Assembly: GCA_016839765.1 (NCBI GenBank)
Contig: JAEOTP010000019.1
Span: 1-22,702, forward strand
Direction of reading: 5' to 3'
Source: Promethearchaeota archaeon
GTDB lineage: Archaea > Asgardarchaeota > Lokiarchaeia > Sigyniarchaeales > SOKP01
Length of the DNA: 22,702 bases
This document shows, one piece after another, positions 1-8,887 of this stretch (position 1 is its first letter; each line of letters opens with the position of its first letter). A program made the translations under genes and the position numbers. Below the pieces are notes generated by a model. That model made no database searches. It was given only the letters and a program-made list of their open reading frames with translations, and was not told the DNA's origin.

Positions 1-62
1 ATATATTTTTCCTTAAATTAATTCTTTTAAAAAAATTTTATTTTAGAAATTACTAATGCTTC

Positions 63-2216
63 ATGAAGAATAACAAACTAAGTACCTATTCATTAGCTAA
101 AAATATTTCATATGAAATTCTTATAGAAGAACAGCTTCAACTTAAAAGTGAAGCAACAAGCCGATTATTAGAAAAGTATAATAAAAGGAAAACGTCTCTT
201 AAAGTAAAATTTCTCTCATATAAAATCATAAACGCAATAATTTTCGGAATTTTACCCATTTTTCCATTAATGGCATATATAGACATTAGTCGTTTTTTAG
301 TAGATGTGCCAGTACACCATCAAATTTCGATATTTATAAAAAGTTTAACTTTTGAGATTTTCTTTACTTTACAATTTTTAGATTTCTTTTTAATGGGGAT
401 TTTCAATTTGATTAATATTATGTCTGGAGAGATTTTTGAGTGGTTTAAAACCCTCCCTTTGCCCCGAAAGAAATTGAAGAGATTAGCATTTATCACTATT
501 TTCCATAATTTTGATTTACCAATTCTGGCAAATATATTTGTATTCCCTATAATGATGCTTTTTGCTACCCAGAATATAACTGTATTTTTCGTTTCTCTTG
601 GAACTTCAATTATGAATATTACTTTTTCAATTAGTATATTAATTATCCTAGGCGAAAAAGTAGCTAGGTTGATAAAAAGACAGAATTTAAAGGCTAAAAA
701 ATCGCTTTTAGTTCAAATATTAAATACCTTTAGTTATGCAATAATTATTTTTGGAAGTATCCTTATAATTCAGATAATTCTAAGTTCATTGGTTCCTATT
801 ATCGTCGCTAGTTTGAATTTGTATCGTTCCCCACTATATAACGCTATTTTGAGCTTAATTCCGTTTCCTTTTAATCCTAGTTATTTAATATCATTTTTTA
901 CAATACCTTCCGAAATACAAGTCCCCTACTGGCTAAATCCTCTATTTGGTTTGGGTTTATATTTAATTGTAATTTATGTTCTTTTTCGAAAAGCCTTGAA
1001 ATCGCTTAATAATATCATATCATTAAAGTATAAATTTAACAAAAATGTCTTATCAGGTAAAAAAGATGAATTACAAATACATATAAGCTCTAAAATTAAA
1101 GCTTTTATTCGAAAGGATTTACTAATTGCTTCAAGAAATATACAAACATTCATGTCTTTCATAATGCCAATAATTATGTCGTTTGTGTTCATTATTTTTT
1201 TTAATATTAGTTTTACAGATGGTGTAGACTTATTAAGTAGAGATTTATACTATAGTTGGATTGTTTTGCTTGGATTCAGTCTTATTATCTCTGGTATGAC
1301 TGTTTATAATTTATTAAATATGGAGGCTACTGGAAGAACAATAATAGGCTCCTTGCCTATTGTTTTTCGTGATCACGCTAAATCAAAATTAGTTATTATA
1401 AGTGTCATTCAAATTATTGCGACATTAGCGCCAACTTTAGTATACATATTTCATTATAGGTTTATAGAGTTATTAATAACGGTTCTAGCTACGCTACCCT
1501 TTGTCTTAATTTTTTTAATTTTAACATTCTTATTAAGAGTACGTCTATTTGGGAAGAAAAGATATTCGTATGTTTTAGAAGAAATTTTACCTGAAAAGAA
1601 GATGAGTAAATGGGTGTTAATTTTTGGTTTTGAATACATGCTATATTACTTGATTCTTTTGATATCTAATTTTTTATATTTTAATGATAATTTCATTGTT
1701 TTATTCCTAACTTTATTTATTATATCAACAATTTTTACAGTAATTTTAAAAAGCATTTTTAATAAATTTTTTCCAAAATTTAGCGAGGAAAAACCCCTGG
1801 TTAAGAAACGAGATTTAAAATTCATTAATAAGTTTCTACTCATTACATTTATCTACACAATATATTTTTTTGCTTTTTTAACTTCTAGTCTAGTTTACAA
1901 CTTTTTTGAAATTTTATCTTTTTTAGGCGGTTTATTCATTTTAACTGGTTTTATTTTAATTTTTGAAGTTATAAAATCCTCTAAAAAAGATAAAGTGAAC
2001 TTCCAACAGATTAATTCAGAAGGTAAAAAATCAGATTCAATATTCATCAATAGGCGTCTTTTGATTACCTTTATCCGTATAATATATTTTTTTGTCCTTT
2101 TTCTTTTCTTATTAATTTTTGGCTTTTTTGAAACATCATTTCTTTTAGGTTATTTATTCATTTTCACCGGTCTTATTTTAATTTTTGAAGTTATAATATC
2201 TTCTCTAAAAAAATAA
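63..2216 (+). CDS. Polytopic membrane protein, probable ABC-2-type exporter permease with a duplicated C-terminal TM hairpin
   Basis: 717 aa with many hydrophobic segments in two halves. 'EWFKTLPL' and 'IIGSLPI' resemble the L-x-T/S-L-P loop of ABC-2 permeases, and 'AFIRKDLLIASRN' is typical of the start of the second half. No ATPase partner in the window. Confidence 0.6.
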   Translation: MKNNKLSTYSLAKNISYEILIEEQLQLKSEATSRLLEKYNKRKTSLKVKFLSYKIINAIIFGILPIFPLMAYIDISRFLVDVPVHHQISIFIKSLTFEIFFTLQFLDFFLMGIFNLINIMSGEIFEWFKTLPLPRKKLKRLAFITIFHNFDLPILANIFVFPIMMLFATQNITVFFVSLGTSIMNITFSISILIILGEKVARLIKRQNLKAKKSLLVQILNTFSYAIIIFGSILIIQIILSSLVPIIVASLNLYRSPLYNAILSLIPFPFNPSYLISFFTIPSEIQVPYWLNPLFGLGLYLIVIYVLFRKALKSLNNIISLKYKFNKNVLSGKKDELQIHISSKIKAFIRKDLLIASRNIQTFMSFIMPIIMSFVFIIFFNISFTDGVDLLSRDLYYSWIVLLGFSLIISGMTVYNLLNMEATGRTIIGSLPIVFRDHAKSKLVIISVIQIIATLAPTLVYIFHYRFIELLITVLATLPFVLIFLILTFLLRVRLFGKKRYSYVLEEILPEKKMSKWVLIFGFEYMLYYLILLISNFLYFNDNFIVLFLTLFIISTIFTVILKSIFNKFFPKFSEEKPLVKKRDLKFINKFLLITFIYTIYFFAFLTSSLVYNFFEILSFLGGLFILTGFILIFEVIKSSKKDKVNFQQINSEGKKSDSIFINRRLLITFIRIIYFFVLFLFLLIFGFFETSFLLGYLFIFTGLILIFEVIISSLKK
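1821..2213 (+). repeat. Diverged intragenic duplication (units of about 170 nt, 222-nt period) encoding two copies of a 2-TM hairpin
   Basis: FINKFLLITFIYTIYFF...FFEILSFLGGLFILTGFILIFEVIKSS versus FINRRLLITFIRIIYFF...FFETSFLLGYLFIFTGLILIFEVIISS. DNA 'ttattttaatttttgaagttataa' occurs in both units. Confidence 0.9.
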
Positions 2217-2341
2217 AAAGAAATTACAGCAAAATTGGTCAAAAAAAATTGGAAATATAACTTGGATTTAGACAATGAATTTTTTATATTATAAAATTGA
2301 AACCTTATTATACAAATTAATAAGTCAAGTGGAAAAAATAA

Positions 2342-3367
2342 ATAGGAAAACAAATAGAAATTACTAATCCTTCAAATCTATTTAAAAAGGATGGCTCTCT
2401 TGTACAACGAGGTTGGGTTCGAAAGCCAATATTAAAGTACAACAAAGAAAGTATAGGAAAGGGATGGACTAGAATAAAAGAATGGGATCACTTTTCAGTT
2501 TTAAATAAAGATTTTGGATTTCAATTAACCATAGGAGATATTGGATATCTCACACAAATGAATTATGTGTGGCTTGACTTCAAAAATAAAAATAGAGATG
2601 GTAAAGGTGTTTTCAAATTTTTCACGAAATCAAAACTTTTACCATTAGGTTCCTTGGAAGAAAGCTTTATTGAATTTCCAACGAAAAAATTTAAAGCTTC
2701 AATCTCACGGCAAGGTAATAAACGAATACTTTCGATAAATGATCCAACTTTCCAAGATAAAGGGATAAAAAGTAGTATAACGCTTGAAGATAATCCTAAT
2801 TGGGATAATACTGTGGTGGTAACTGGTTATAAGGAGGACCCAAGACTATTTTATTATAACCATAAGATAAATATGATGCCCGCAGAAGGTATATTACAAC
2901 TTGGAGAAAAAATTTATGAGTTCAATTCAAATTCATCATTCGGTCTAATGGATTGGGGACGCGGGATTTGGCCCTATAAAACACATTGGCTGTGGGGCTC
3001 GGCTTGTGGAATTGTCGATAATGTACCTGTTGCTTTTAACATTGGCTATGGGTTTGGAGATCTGTCAACTCACACAGAAAATATAATATTTTATGATGGT
3101 AAAGCTCATAAAATTGATGAAATTACTTTTCACCATGAAAATAGAGACCCTTCAAAACCATGGAAATTTACAAGCAATGATAATAGATTTGACATGATAC
3201 TTACATCTCTAATTCCTCATACAGAAAAGATTAATTTTGGAATTATTAAATTAAATTCTTCATTAATGCACGGATTATATACTGGTGATTTAGTATTAGA
3301 TAATGGTGAGACAATTCATATTAAAAATATGTTAGGCCATGCTGAAGATATATTTTGGCGTTGGTGA
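2342..3367 (+). CDS. DUF2804-family protein; true start probably ATA at 2342 rather than ATG 2558
   Basis: C-terminal part has the DWGRGIWPYKTHWLWGS, FNIGYGFGD and TENIIFYDGKAHK motifs. The 72 in-frame sense codons upstream of 2558 read (I)GKQIEITNPSNLFKKDGSLVQRGWVRKPILKYNK...RIKEWDHF, matching the family N-terminus as I recall it. In-frame TAA at 2339-2341. Confidence 0.8.
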   Translation: MGKQIEITNPSNLFKKDGSLVQRGWVRKPILKYNKESIGKGWTRIKEWDHFSVLNKDFGFQLTIGDIGYLTQMNYVWLDFKNKNRDGKGVFKFFTKSKLLPLGSLEESFIEFPTKKFKASISRQGNKRILSINDPTFQDKGIKSSITLEDNPNWDNTVVVTGYKEDPRLFYYNHKINMMPAEGILQLGEKIYEFNSNSSFGLMDWGRGIWPYKTHWLWGSACGIVDNVPVAFNIGYGFGDLSTHTENIIFYDGKAHKIDEITFHHENRDPSKPWKFTSNDNRFDMILTSLIPHTEKINFGIIKLNSSLMHGLYTGDLVLDNGETIHIKNMLGHAEDIFWRW

Positions 3368-3381
3368 TTCAACAAAAAGAA

Positions 3382-4071
3382 GTGATAATTCTGAAAATAG
3401 TAATTTTTGAACCTCATCCAGATGATCTGTTAATGGGAGCGGGGCAAGTTATTTTTGATTGGATTGAACAAGGAAATTATATTCACATAATAACGGTTAC
3501 AGACGGTCGAGCTTGTTACAGAAAAATGGAAGATGATAAAACAAGGGAGGCTTTAAGAATGACCGAAGATGAAATTGCCAGAGAGAGATTAACTGAAGCT
3601 AAAAAAGCAGTAGATTTTTTAGATTTAAATCCTGAAAATCTTCACTTGTTAAAATTCCCTGATGCAGAAGCTCAAGATTATGTAGGAAATGGTATTAGGA
3701 AAGTTGTGCCTATTATTAGGAATACAGATCGAATATTAATACCTAGTGATCATAATCTTCATGAAGATCACCAAGCAACTCATGATATTGCAATTGGAGC
3801 TGCTAAAGCATTACAACTAAGAAATATTGAATATTGGGTATACTTTGTACCCCAATATGGTAGATTTAATAAAGATTCAAAAGATAAATTAATTATTGTA
3901 AAAATTTCCGAAGAATTAAGACAAAAATTGGCTGAGTGGCTTCAAATTTATCAATCACAAAAAAGAATAAAAAATACATGGAAATTATATACAAGATATC
4001 TGAAACTTACTAAAGAATTTATTTATGGAAAGTATAAATATGAAGATATAGGAAAATTTTACAATTTTTAA
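3382..4071 (+). CDS. PIG-L/LmbE-family metal-dependent N-deacetylase (start uncertain: GTG 3382, CTG 3391 or TTG 3355)
   Basis: KIVIFEPHPDDL (HPDD metal motif), ITVTDG, R-x-x-E-A-x-x-A, and HEDH (HxDH) motif. Confidence 0.85.
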   Translation: MIILKIVIFEPHPDDLLMGAGQVIFDWIEQGNYIHIITVTDGRACYRKMEDDKTREALRMTEDEIARERLTEAKKAVDFLDLNPENLHLLKFPDAEAQDYVGNGIRKVVPIIRNTDRILIPSDHNLHEDHQATHDIAIGAAKALQLRNIEYWVYFVPQYGRFNKDSKDKLIIVKISEELRQKLAEWLQIYQSQKRIKNTWKLYTRYLKLTKEFIYGKYKYEDIGKFYNF

Positions 4072-4127
4072 CGACTTTTTAAATCTTCTTCTTAAATTTT
4101 TAAATTAATCTATCATTATAATCTCTG

Positions 4128-4883
4128 ATGATAGACGAAAAGCTCTTATCTCAAGCAGTAGGTATAATAAAAAGTTCTAAAGAAATTGTTGTATTTACAG
4201 GAGCAGGATCGTCTACTGAATCTGGTATTGCTGATTTTAGAAGTGAAGGTGGACTTTGGTCCCGTTATAATCCCTCCATATACGCTAATTATCATTACTT
4301 CCTTCAAGATCCAAGTAAATTTTGGGAAATGCATAATGAATTAGTTGAGATCTTATCTGAAGCACAGCCTAATTTAATACATCATTCAGTTGTAGAACTT
4401 GAGAAGCTTGGAAAGGTTAAGGCAATAATAACTCAAAATATTGATGGGTTGCATCAGCGAGCCGGAAGTACTGCCTTTAAAGATATTCCAATTTTAGAAT
4501 TGCACGGTTCTTATTTAACTTTAGGATGTATAGAGTGTAATAGAGAATTTCATTTTGATAAGATTGATACTAAAAATGTTAAATTTCCGATTTGTGAATG
4601 TGGTGGTTATATCAAACCAAATGTTATATTATTTGGCGAATCTCTTCCATATGGCGTATTAGAAAATGCAATAGAAGCGTGTCAAACATGTGATTGTTTT
4701 CTAATGGTTGGAAGTTCGTTATTGGTCTCTCCAGCGAATTTTTTACCACGAATAGCAAAAAATAGTGGTGCTAAAGTAATATTTGTCAATAGAGATAATA
4801 CAATTATGGATAATTTAGCTGATGTTTTTCTAAAGGGAAGTGGTGGTGAAATTCTAATAGAATTAATAAAAAAAGTTAAATAG
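4128..4883 (+). CDS. cobB: Sir2/CobB NAD-dependent protein deacylase (sirtuin)
   Basis: GAGSSTESGIADFRS, TQNIDGLHQRAG, ELHG, Zn ligands CIEC/CEC, KPNVILFGE, GSSLLVSPA. Confidence 0.95.
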   Translation: MIDEKLLSQAVGIIKSSKEIVVFTGAGSSTESGIADFRSEGGLWSRYNPSIYANYHYFLQDPSKFWEMHNELVEILSEAQPNLIHHSVVELEKLGKVKAIITQNIDGLHQRAGSTAFKDIPILELHGSYLTLGCIECNREFHFDKIDTKNVKFPICECGGYIKPNVILFGESLPYGVLENAIEACQTCDCFLMVGSSLLVSPANFLPRIAKNSGAKVIFVNRDNTIMDNLADVFLKGSGGEILIELIKKVK

Positions 4884-5107
4884 GAAGATTTTAGTTTAGT
4901 GAATTCTCAAAAAAGAAAATATTTAAATATTATATATCAATTTAAAAATGGGAATTAAAGAAGATTTAAGGCGATTGATTCATCAAAAGTTGACTTCTTC
5001 GTAACTACAATAACTTCGATTTTTAATATACCTTTTTGGAAATTTAAAAATACCTATAATTAGGATTATAAATATTTAGAATATTTTTCGAGGGATATTG
5101 ATAAAGA

Positions 5108-6073
5108 ATGATTGAGATTATAATAGCTATTTTTATTCTGATTGGAGGATTAGGATTAATTGTTATCTGTAGCATACAAGCAGTTAAACATTCGGCTATC
5201 CTTGCTGCAGCATTAGGTGTATCTCCATTAATAATTGGGGTTGCTTTAGTTTCAATCGGGACAGATGTCGCAGAAATCTTTAATTCAATCGTATCTTGTG
5301 CATTAGGTCATGGAGATATTGATGTGGGAGATAGTGTAGGTTCAGATTTAACTCAACTTACATTAGTATTTGGTATATTACCATTAGTTTCTGGTATTTT
5401 TTATGTTCACAGAAAAGATATCATAATTTTAGGGGCATGTGAGGTTTTATCATTAATATTAATATTTACGGTTGTTGAGAAAGGATATTTTACAAGATTA
5501 GATGCAATACTTATGATTGGTTGTTTAGGGATATATATTTGGCTAATATATAATGCTAATAAAGAGAGTATTTTGCAAAGAGTTGAGAAGATTGAAAAAA
5601 TAAAAGCCCCAAGAGCTAAAAAATTTCATTTATTAATTGCAGTCTTAGCTTTTGGCGGAGTGACTATCAGTTCCATTATGATAGTCGAATCAGTTATTAC
5701 TATTTCTGAAGGATTGAATGTTCCTGAGTATATTATTAGCTTCTTTGGAGTGTCTCTGGGAACTTCTTTACCCGAATTAGCCGTCGACATCAATGCTCTA
5801 AGATTAAAACATCATGAGATAGCTATTGGTGATATAATAGGTTCCTGCATAGTAGATTCCACCCTCTCAATCGGCATAGGTCAAGCTCTTTTCCCGCAAG
5901 CAGTAACTGCCAGTCTTGCAGTTCCTACAGTTTTGTATACTCTAGTCGCCAGTTTTATTGTTATAACTATCGTCGCGGTTAGAAAAAAAGTGGATAAAAA
6001 AGCAGGAATAGTGTTTATTGCATTATATTTCCTTTCTTATGTATTCCTTTTCTCCTTCTGGATGCGTGGTTGA
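5108..6073 (+). CDS. Na+/Ca2+ (cation/Ca2+) antiporter, YrbG/NCX_Mj-like
   Basis: Two alpha-repeats (SIGTDVAE...GDSVGS and SLGTSLPE...GDIIGS) and about 10 TM helices. Confidence 0.9.
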   Translation: MIEIIIAIFILIGGLGLIVICSIQAVKHSAILAAALGVSPLIIGVALVSIGTDVAEIFNSIVSCALGHGDIDVGDSVGSDLTQLTLVFGILPLVSGIFYVHRKDIIILGACEVLSLILIFTVVEKGYFTRLDAILMIGCLGIYIWLIYNANKESILQRVEKIEKIKAPRAKKFHLLIAVLAFGGVTISSIMIVESVITISEGLNVPEYIISFFGVSLGTSLPELAVDINALRLKHHEIAIGDIIGSCIVDSTLSIGIGQALFPQAVTASLAVPTVLYTLVASFIVITIVAVRKKVDKKAGIVFIALYFLSYVFLFSFWMRG

Positions 6074-6137
6074 TAATCTTAGTAATTGCCTAATAATTAC
6101 TTTTTTAATTAATATTTTTATGTTTATTAGTATTGGT

Positions 6138-6485
6138 TCATTCAGGCATGTAAAATTTACATAAACTACACTGCTTCGCTTTTAATCGTCTATCTGGGCC
6201 TAAAATAATATATTTACTTTGCATTAATCCTCCGCATTTAGGACAATTTTTAGCAAAATTCTCTTTAATAGAATTTAATACTATTTGTATACTTTTTTCT
6301 AACTTGAGCAGCTCATTTGCATTTTCAATTATTTTTTTTGCAGAAATTAGACCGATTCCCTTAATCCAAGCTAATTCTTCAGGTTTTGCTTTTGAAATAT
6401 CCTCAATAGATTTAACTCCTGCTTTATTCAAATTTACTGCAGCAATTGGACCAATACCCCTTATTCGCTCAAGTTCGTTAGACAT
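6138..6485 (-). CDS. Helix-hairpin-helix DNA-binding domain protein with C-terminal Zn ribbon
   Basis: Two HhH motifs (LERIRGIGPIAA, LAWIKGIGLISAKKII), as in the RadA/Rad51 N-terminal domain, plus CPKC...CSLC. Confidence 0.8.
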   Translation of the reverse strand: MSNELERIRGIGPIAAVNLNKAGVKSIEDISKAKPEELAWIKGIGLISAKKIIENANELLKLEKSIQIVLNSIKENFAKNCPKCGGLMQSKYIILGPDRRLKAKQCSLCKFYMPE

Positions 6486-6632
6486 AATGGTGAGTTTGAG
6501 ATTATTTTCTTATTAGATTTTCTATTAAAGAATTTTTAAGTTTAGAAACCCAAATATGTTGATATTATATATTATAATATCAATACAGAAAAAAAAAATT
6601 TTAGATTTAAAAAATTCTTTTCCTTTTAAAAA

Positions 6633-7343
6633 TTATTTTTCTATTTGACGCCCCACGCCAAAGTACATTAAATATGCACCTGCTAATCCTAAGATCACCC
6701 CTATTCCGCTTATAATCATTCTAAATGTTGCCTCATCAAGAGTATTCGATACAAAAATACCGTACATAAAGATAATTAGCGTACACAATCCAAATATAAA
6801 AAATTTCCACTTTTTCTTTAAATTTGCATCTTCAAATTTTCTAAATATTTGAAATGATAAATAGAGTAGAGGTATAATTAGCACGCTTTCAACTATTAAT
6901 ACATATATAAAGAATTCAATGCTCCAAACTGGAGACAAGGTAACATTCAGAGTAACTCCAGGTGTAGGAGTGAATAAGAAGATTATCATGCAAAACATAG
7001 CTATACCATAGACAATAAGAATAATTAATTGCTTACCGGTTGTAATCACCTTTTCGGACTTCAAAAGTATTAAATTGAACACAAGAAGGAATATTGGGGA
7101 ATAAAATATGCAGAAATTAGTAATAAAGTTTAAAATAAGAATGGTAGGTATATCAGTAAGAAACACATAAATAAAATTTATAAAGGAGCCAATTATAGCA
7201 GATATATAAAACCCTGAGAAGATTATATTCAATCGCTTTGTGTCTCGCTTAAGAATCTTAATTGCTAAAAAAAGAAAGAAGGCAAAAACCAATCCCTGGG
7301 CAACGAACACTGTGAGAATTCTTGTTGTATTTAATTCTACCAT
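6633..7343 (-). CDS. Stand-alone ~7-TM membrane protein (resembles N-terminal 7TM sensor domains)
   Basis: 236 aa, about seven hydrophobic segments with short basic loops (KILKRD, LKKKWKFF); GTGA 7 nt upstream of the ATG. Confidence 0.7.
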   Translation of the reverse strand: MVELNTTRILTVFVAQGLVFAFFLFLAIKILKRDTKRLNIIFSGFYISAIIGSFINFIYVFLTDIPTILILNFITNFCIFYSPIFLLVFNLILLKSEKVITTGKQLIILIVYGIAMFCMIIFLFTPTPGVTLNVTLSPVWSIEFFIYVLIVESVLIIPLLYLSFQIFRKFEDANLKKKWKFFIFGLCTLIIFMYGIFVSNTLDEATFRMIISGIGVILGLAGAYLMYFGVGRQIEK

Positions 7344-7486
7344 AACTTAATCACATTCTTTGAATTTTTATTTGAATTTTGTATTTAATATTGTACTCTA
7401 TTAATTTAAATGCATTTACTAGTTGCTATTAATTTAAATACTATTAAATGAACAGAATTTTTAATATAAAAATCAACTTATTATAT

Positions 7487-7754
7487 TTATAGCTGTTTTG
7501 GGACACCATAATATACAAAGTACAGAGATATTAGTGTAGACAATGAAATTATTGACCAGATTAACCTAAATATAGGATTTGCTAATGTATTTGAAAAGGA
7601 AGGTCCATAATATAGAAAAAAAGAAGCAAATATCCTAATCAAAAAGTATTTCCACTTCTTTTTGAGCTCTTTTTAAGTCTTTTGCTTCTCTTTTTAAGAT
7701 CTTATAAACCATAAATAAGAAAAATAAGTCGAAAAATCCTTGTAAAATCCCCAA
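7487..7754 (-). pseudogene. Internally deleted, frameshifted paralog of the adjacent 7TM gene
   Basis: Manual translation. Frame A: LGILQGFFDLFFLFMVYKILKREAKDL (cf. VAQGLVFAFFLFLAIKILKRDTKRL). Other frame: ELKKKWKYFLIRIFASFFLYYGPSFSNTLANPIFRLIWSIISLSTLISLYFVYYGVPKQL* (cf. NLKKKWKFFIFG...YGIFVSNTLDEATFRMII...YLMYFGVGRQIEK*). Junction near 7673. Confidence 0.9.
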
Positions 7755-7840
7755 ACCTCTATTGAAAAGCTATCGACAAATTTATGTTTTTCTAGTTAAA
7801 AAACTTTAAAAAAAGATAAAATTAAAAAATGTTATACTAT

Positions 7841-8035
7841 CTATTGTTCACGCCATTCAATTCCACATTTACCGCACCTATACTTCTTACCGTAAACTCT
7901 TGGATAATCACTGATAATGTTTGTTTTATCAACAGATTCATGGATCATATTTTTATTCTCTTCACCGCAAGATGGACACTTTCTCCGTCCATCAGTTTTT
8001 TCAATTGTTAATAATTTATTTGAACCTTCTCCCAT
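7841..8035 (-). CDS. Small Zn-ribbon protein
   Basis: CPSC...CGKC pairs in 64 aa; GGAGTTGA RBS-like motif upstream. Confidence 0.8.
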   Translation of the reverse strand: MGEGSNKLLTIEKTDGRRKCPSCGEENKNMIHESVDKTNIISDYPRVYGKKYRCGKCGIEWREQ

Positions 8036-8201
8036 TCTAAAAATTTCAACTCCGCAACAACTAATTTATTTTATAATTATTTTTGATTATATAATGAGAT
8101 TTGTAATTATTAAATCTTATTAAGCAAAGCATTTAGATTTGCATACTTTATATTTCATATTGATTTATTCTTATTCCTAAATTCTTTTTATAGGAAGTTT
8201 T

Positions 8202-8813
8202 TTAAGAATTAAATTGGTCATTTAATTCTTTTCCATAAGTTTTAGCACGTTCTAATAGTTCTGGATTTATATTCCTTACTTTTTTCATAAAGTTATCGAT
8301 AAATTTATTAAAAATTTCTAATATATCATTATTTCTATTTTGGATTTCGAAGCAGTATAGAAAACCTAAATCCTTCGTTTTTTGTATAAGGTTAATTCTA
8401 CTTATTCTTAATTTATCTGATACAACTCCATTTTCGATGAAGAATTTATCAATTCCAGCGAGAATAGAAACACCTCTAAACATGTATAAAGTATTAAATT
8501 CCTCAAAACCTTTAAAGAGATCTCCATTTAAAGAATTAAGATTATATATGTCAATAATAACGATAATAGCATCTATTCTTCTAATATTTTCATAACGCTC
8601 ATTCAATTGATTAAAATCTTTTCCATTAAATACCTTAATTTTCACTGGAATATCGTTATATATTATTAAAAATTCATTTAATTTTTCATTTTTATCATTT
8701 TTTAAAGCACTTTGTTTTAAGTAATCAATGAGAAAATCTATTCCCGAGCCATCTGCTCCTATTATTCCAAGATTCAGGCTGAATTTAATTTTTTTCAAAT
8801 CTTCACGTCCCAA
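8202..8813 (-). CDS. Degenerate Ras/Rab-superfamily small GTPase-fold protein
   Basis: LNLGIIGADGSGID at the P-loop position, VKIKVFN at beta3, IDAIIVIIDIYNLNSL (cf. Rab 'GAIIVYDITNxxSF'), ILAGIDK at G4, YCFEI at G5, then 'NDILEIF'. Confidence 0.65.
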   Translation of the reverse strand: MGREDLKKIKFSLNLGIIGADGSGIDFLIDYLKQSALKNDKNEKLNEFLIIYNDIPVKIKVFNGKDFNQLNERYENIRRIDAIIVIIDIYNLNSLNGDLFKGFEEFNTLYMFRGVSILAGIDKFFIENGVVSDKLRISRINLIQKTKDLGFLYCFEIQNRNNDILEIFNKFIDNFMKKVRNINPELLERAKTYGKELNDQFNS

Positions 8814-8887
8814 AAATAATTATTACTGTCTTAATTCTATAATATAAATTATTAGTATAAAATTTTGGTTAATAAAGTTATCTTCTA

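Noticed and set aside
44-2368. 14-nt match tagaaattactaat at 44 and 2355
   Set aside because: AT-rich, only two copies, and one lies within coding sequence; consistent with chance.
4128-4883. Sir2-domain anti-phage defence system (Thoeris/DSR-like)
   Set aside because: This is a canonical Zn-binding CobB-type sirtuin with no defence partner genes nearby.
6633-7343. Microbial rhodopsin or heliorhodopsin
   Set aside because: No retinal-binding Lys motif in the last TM helix.
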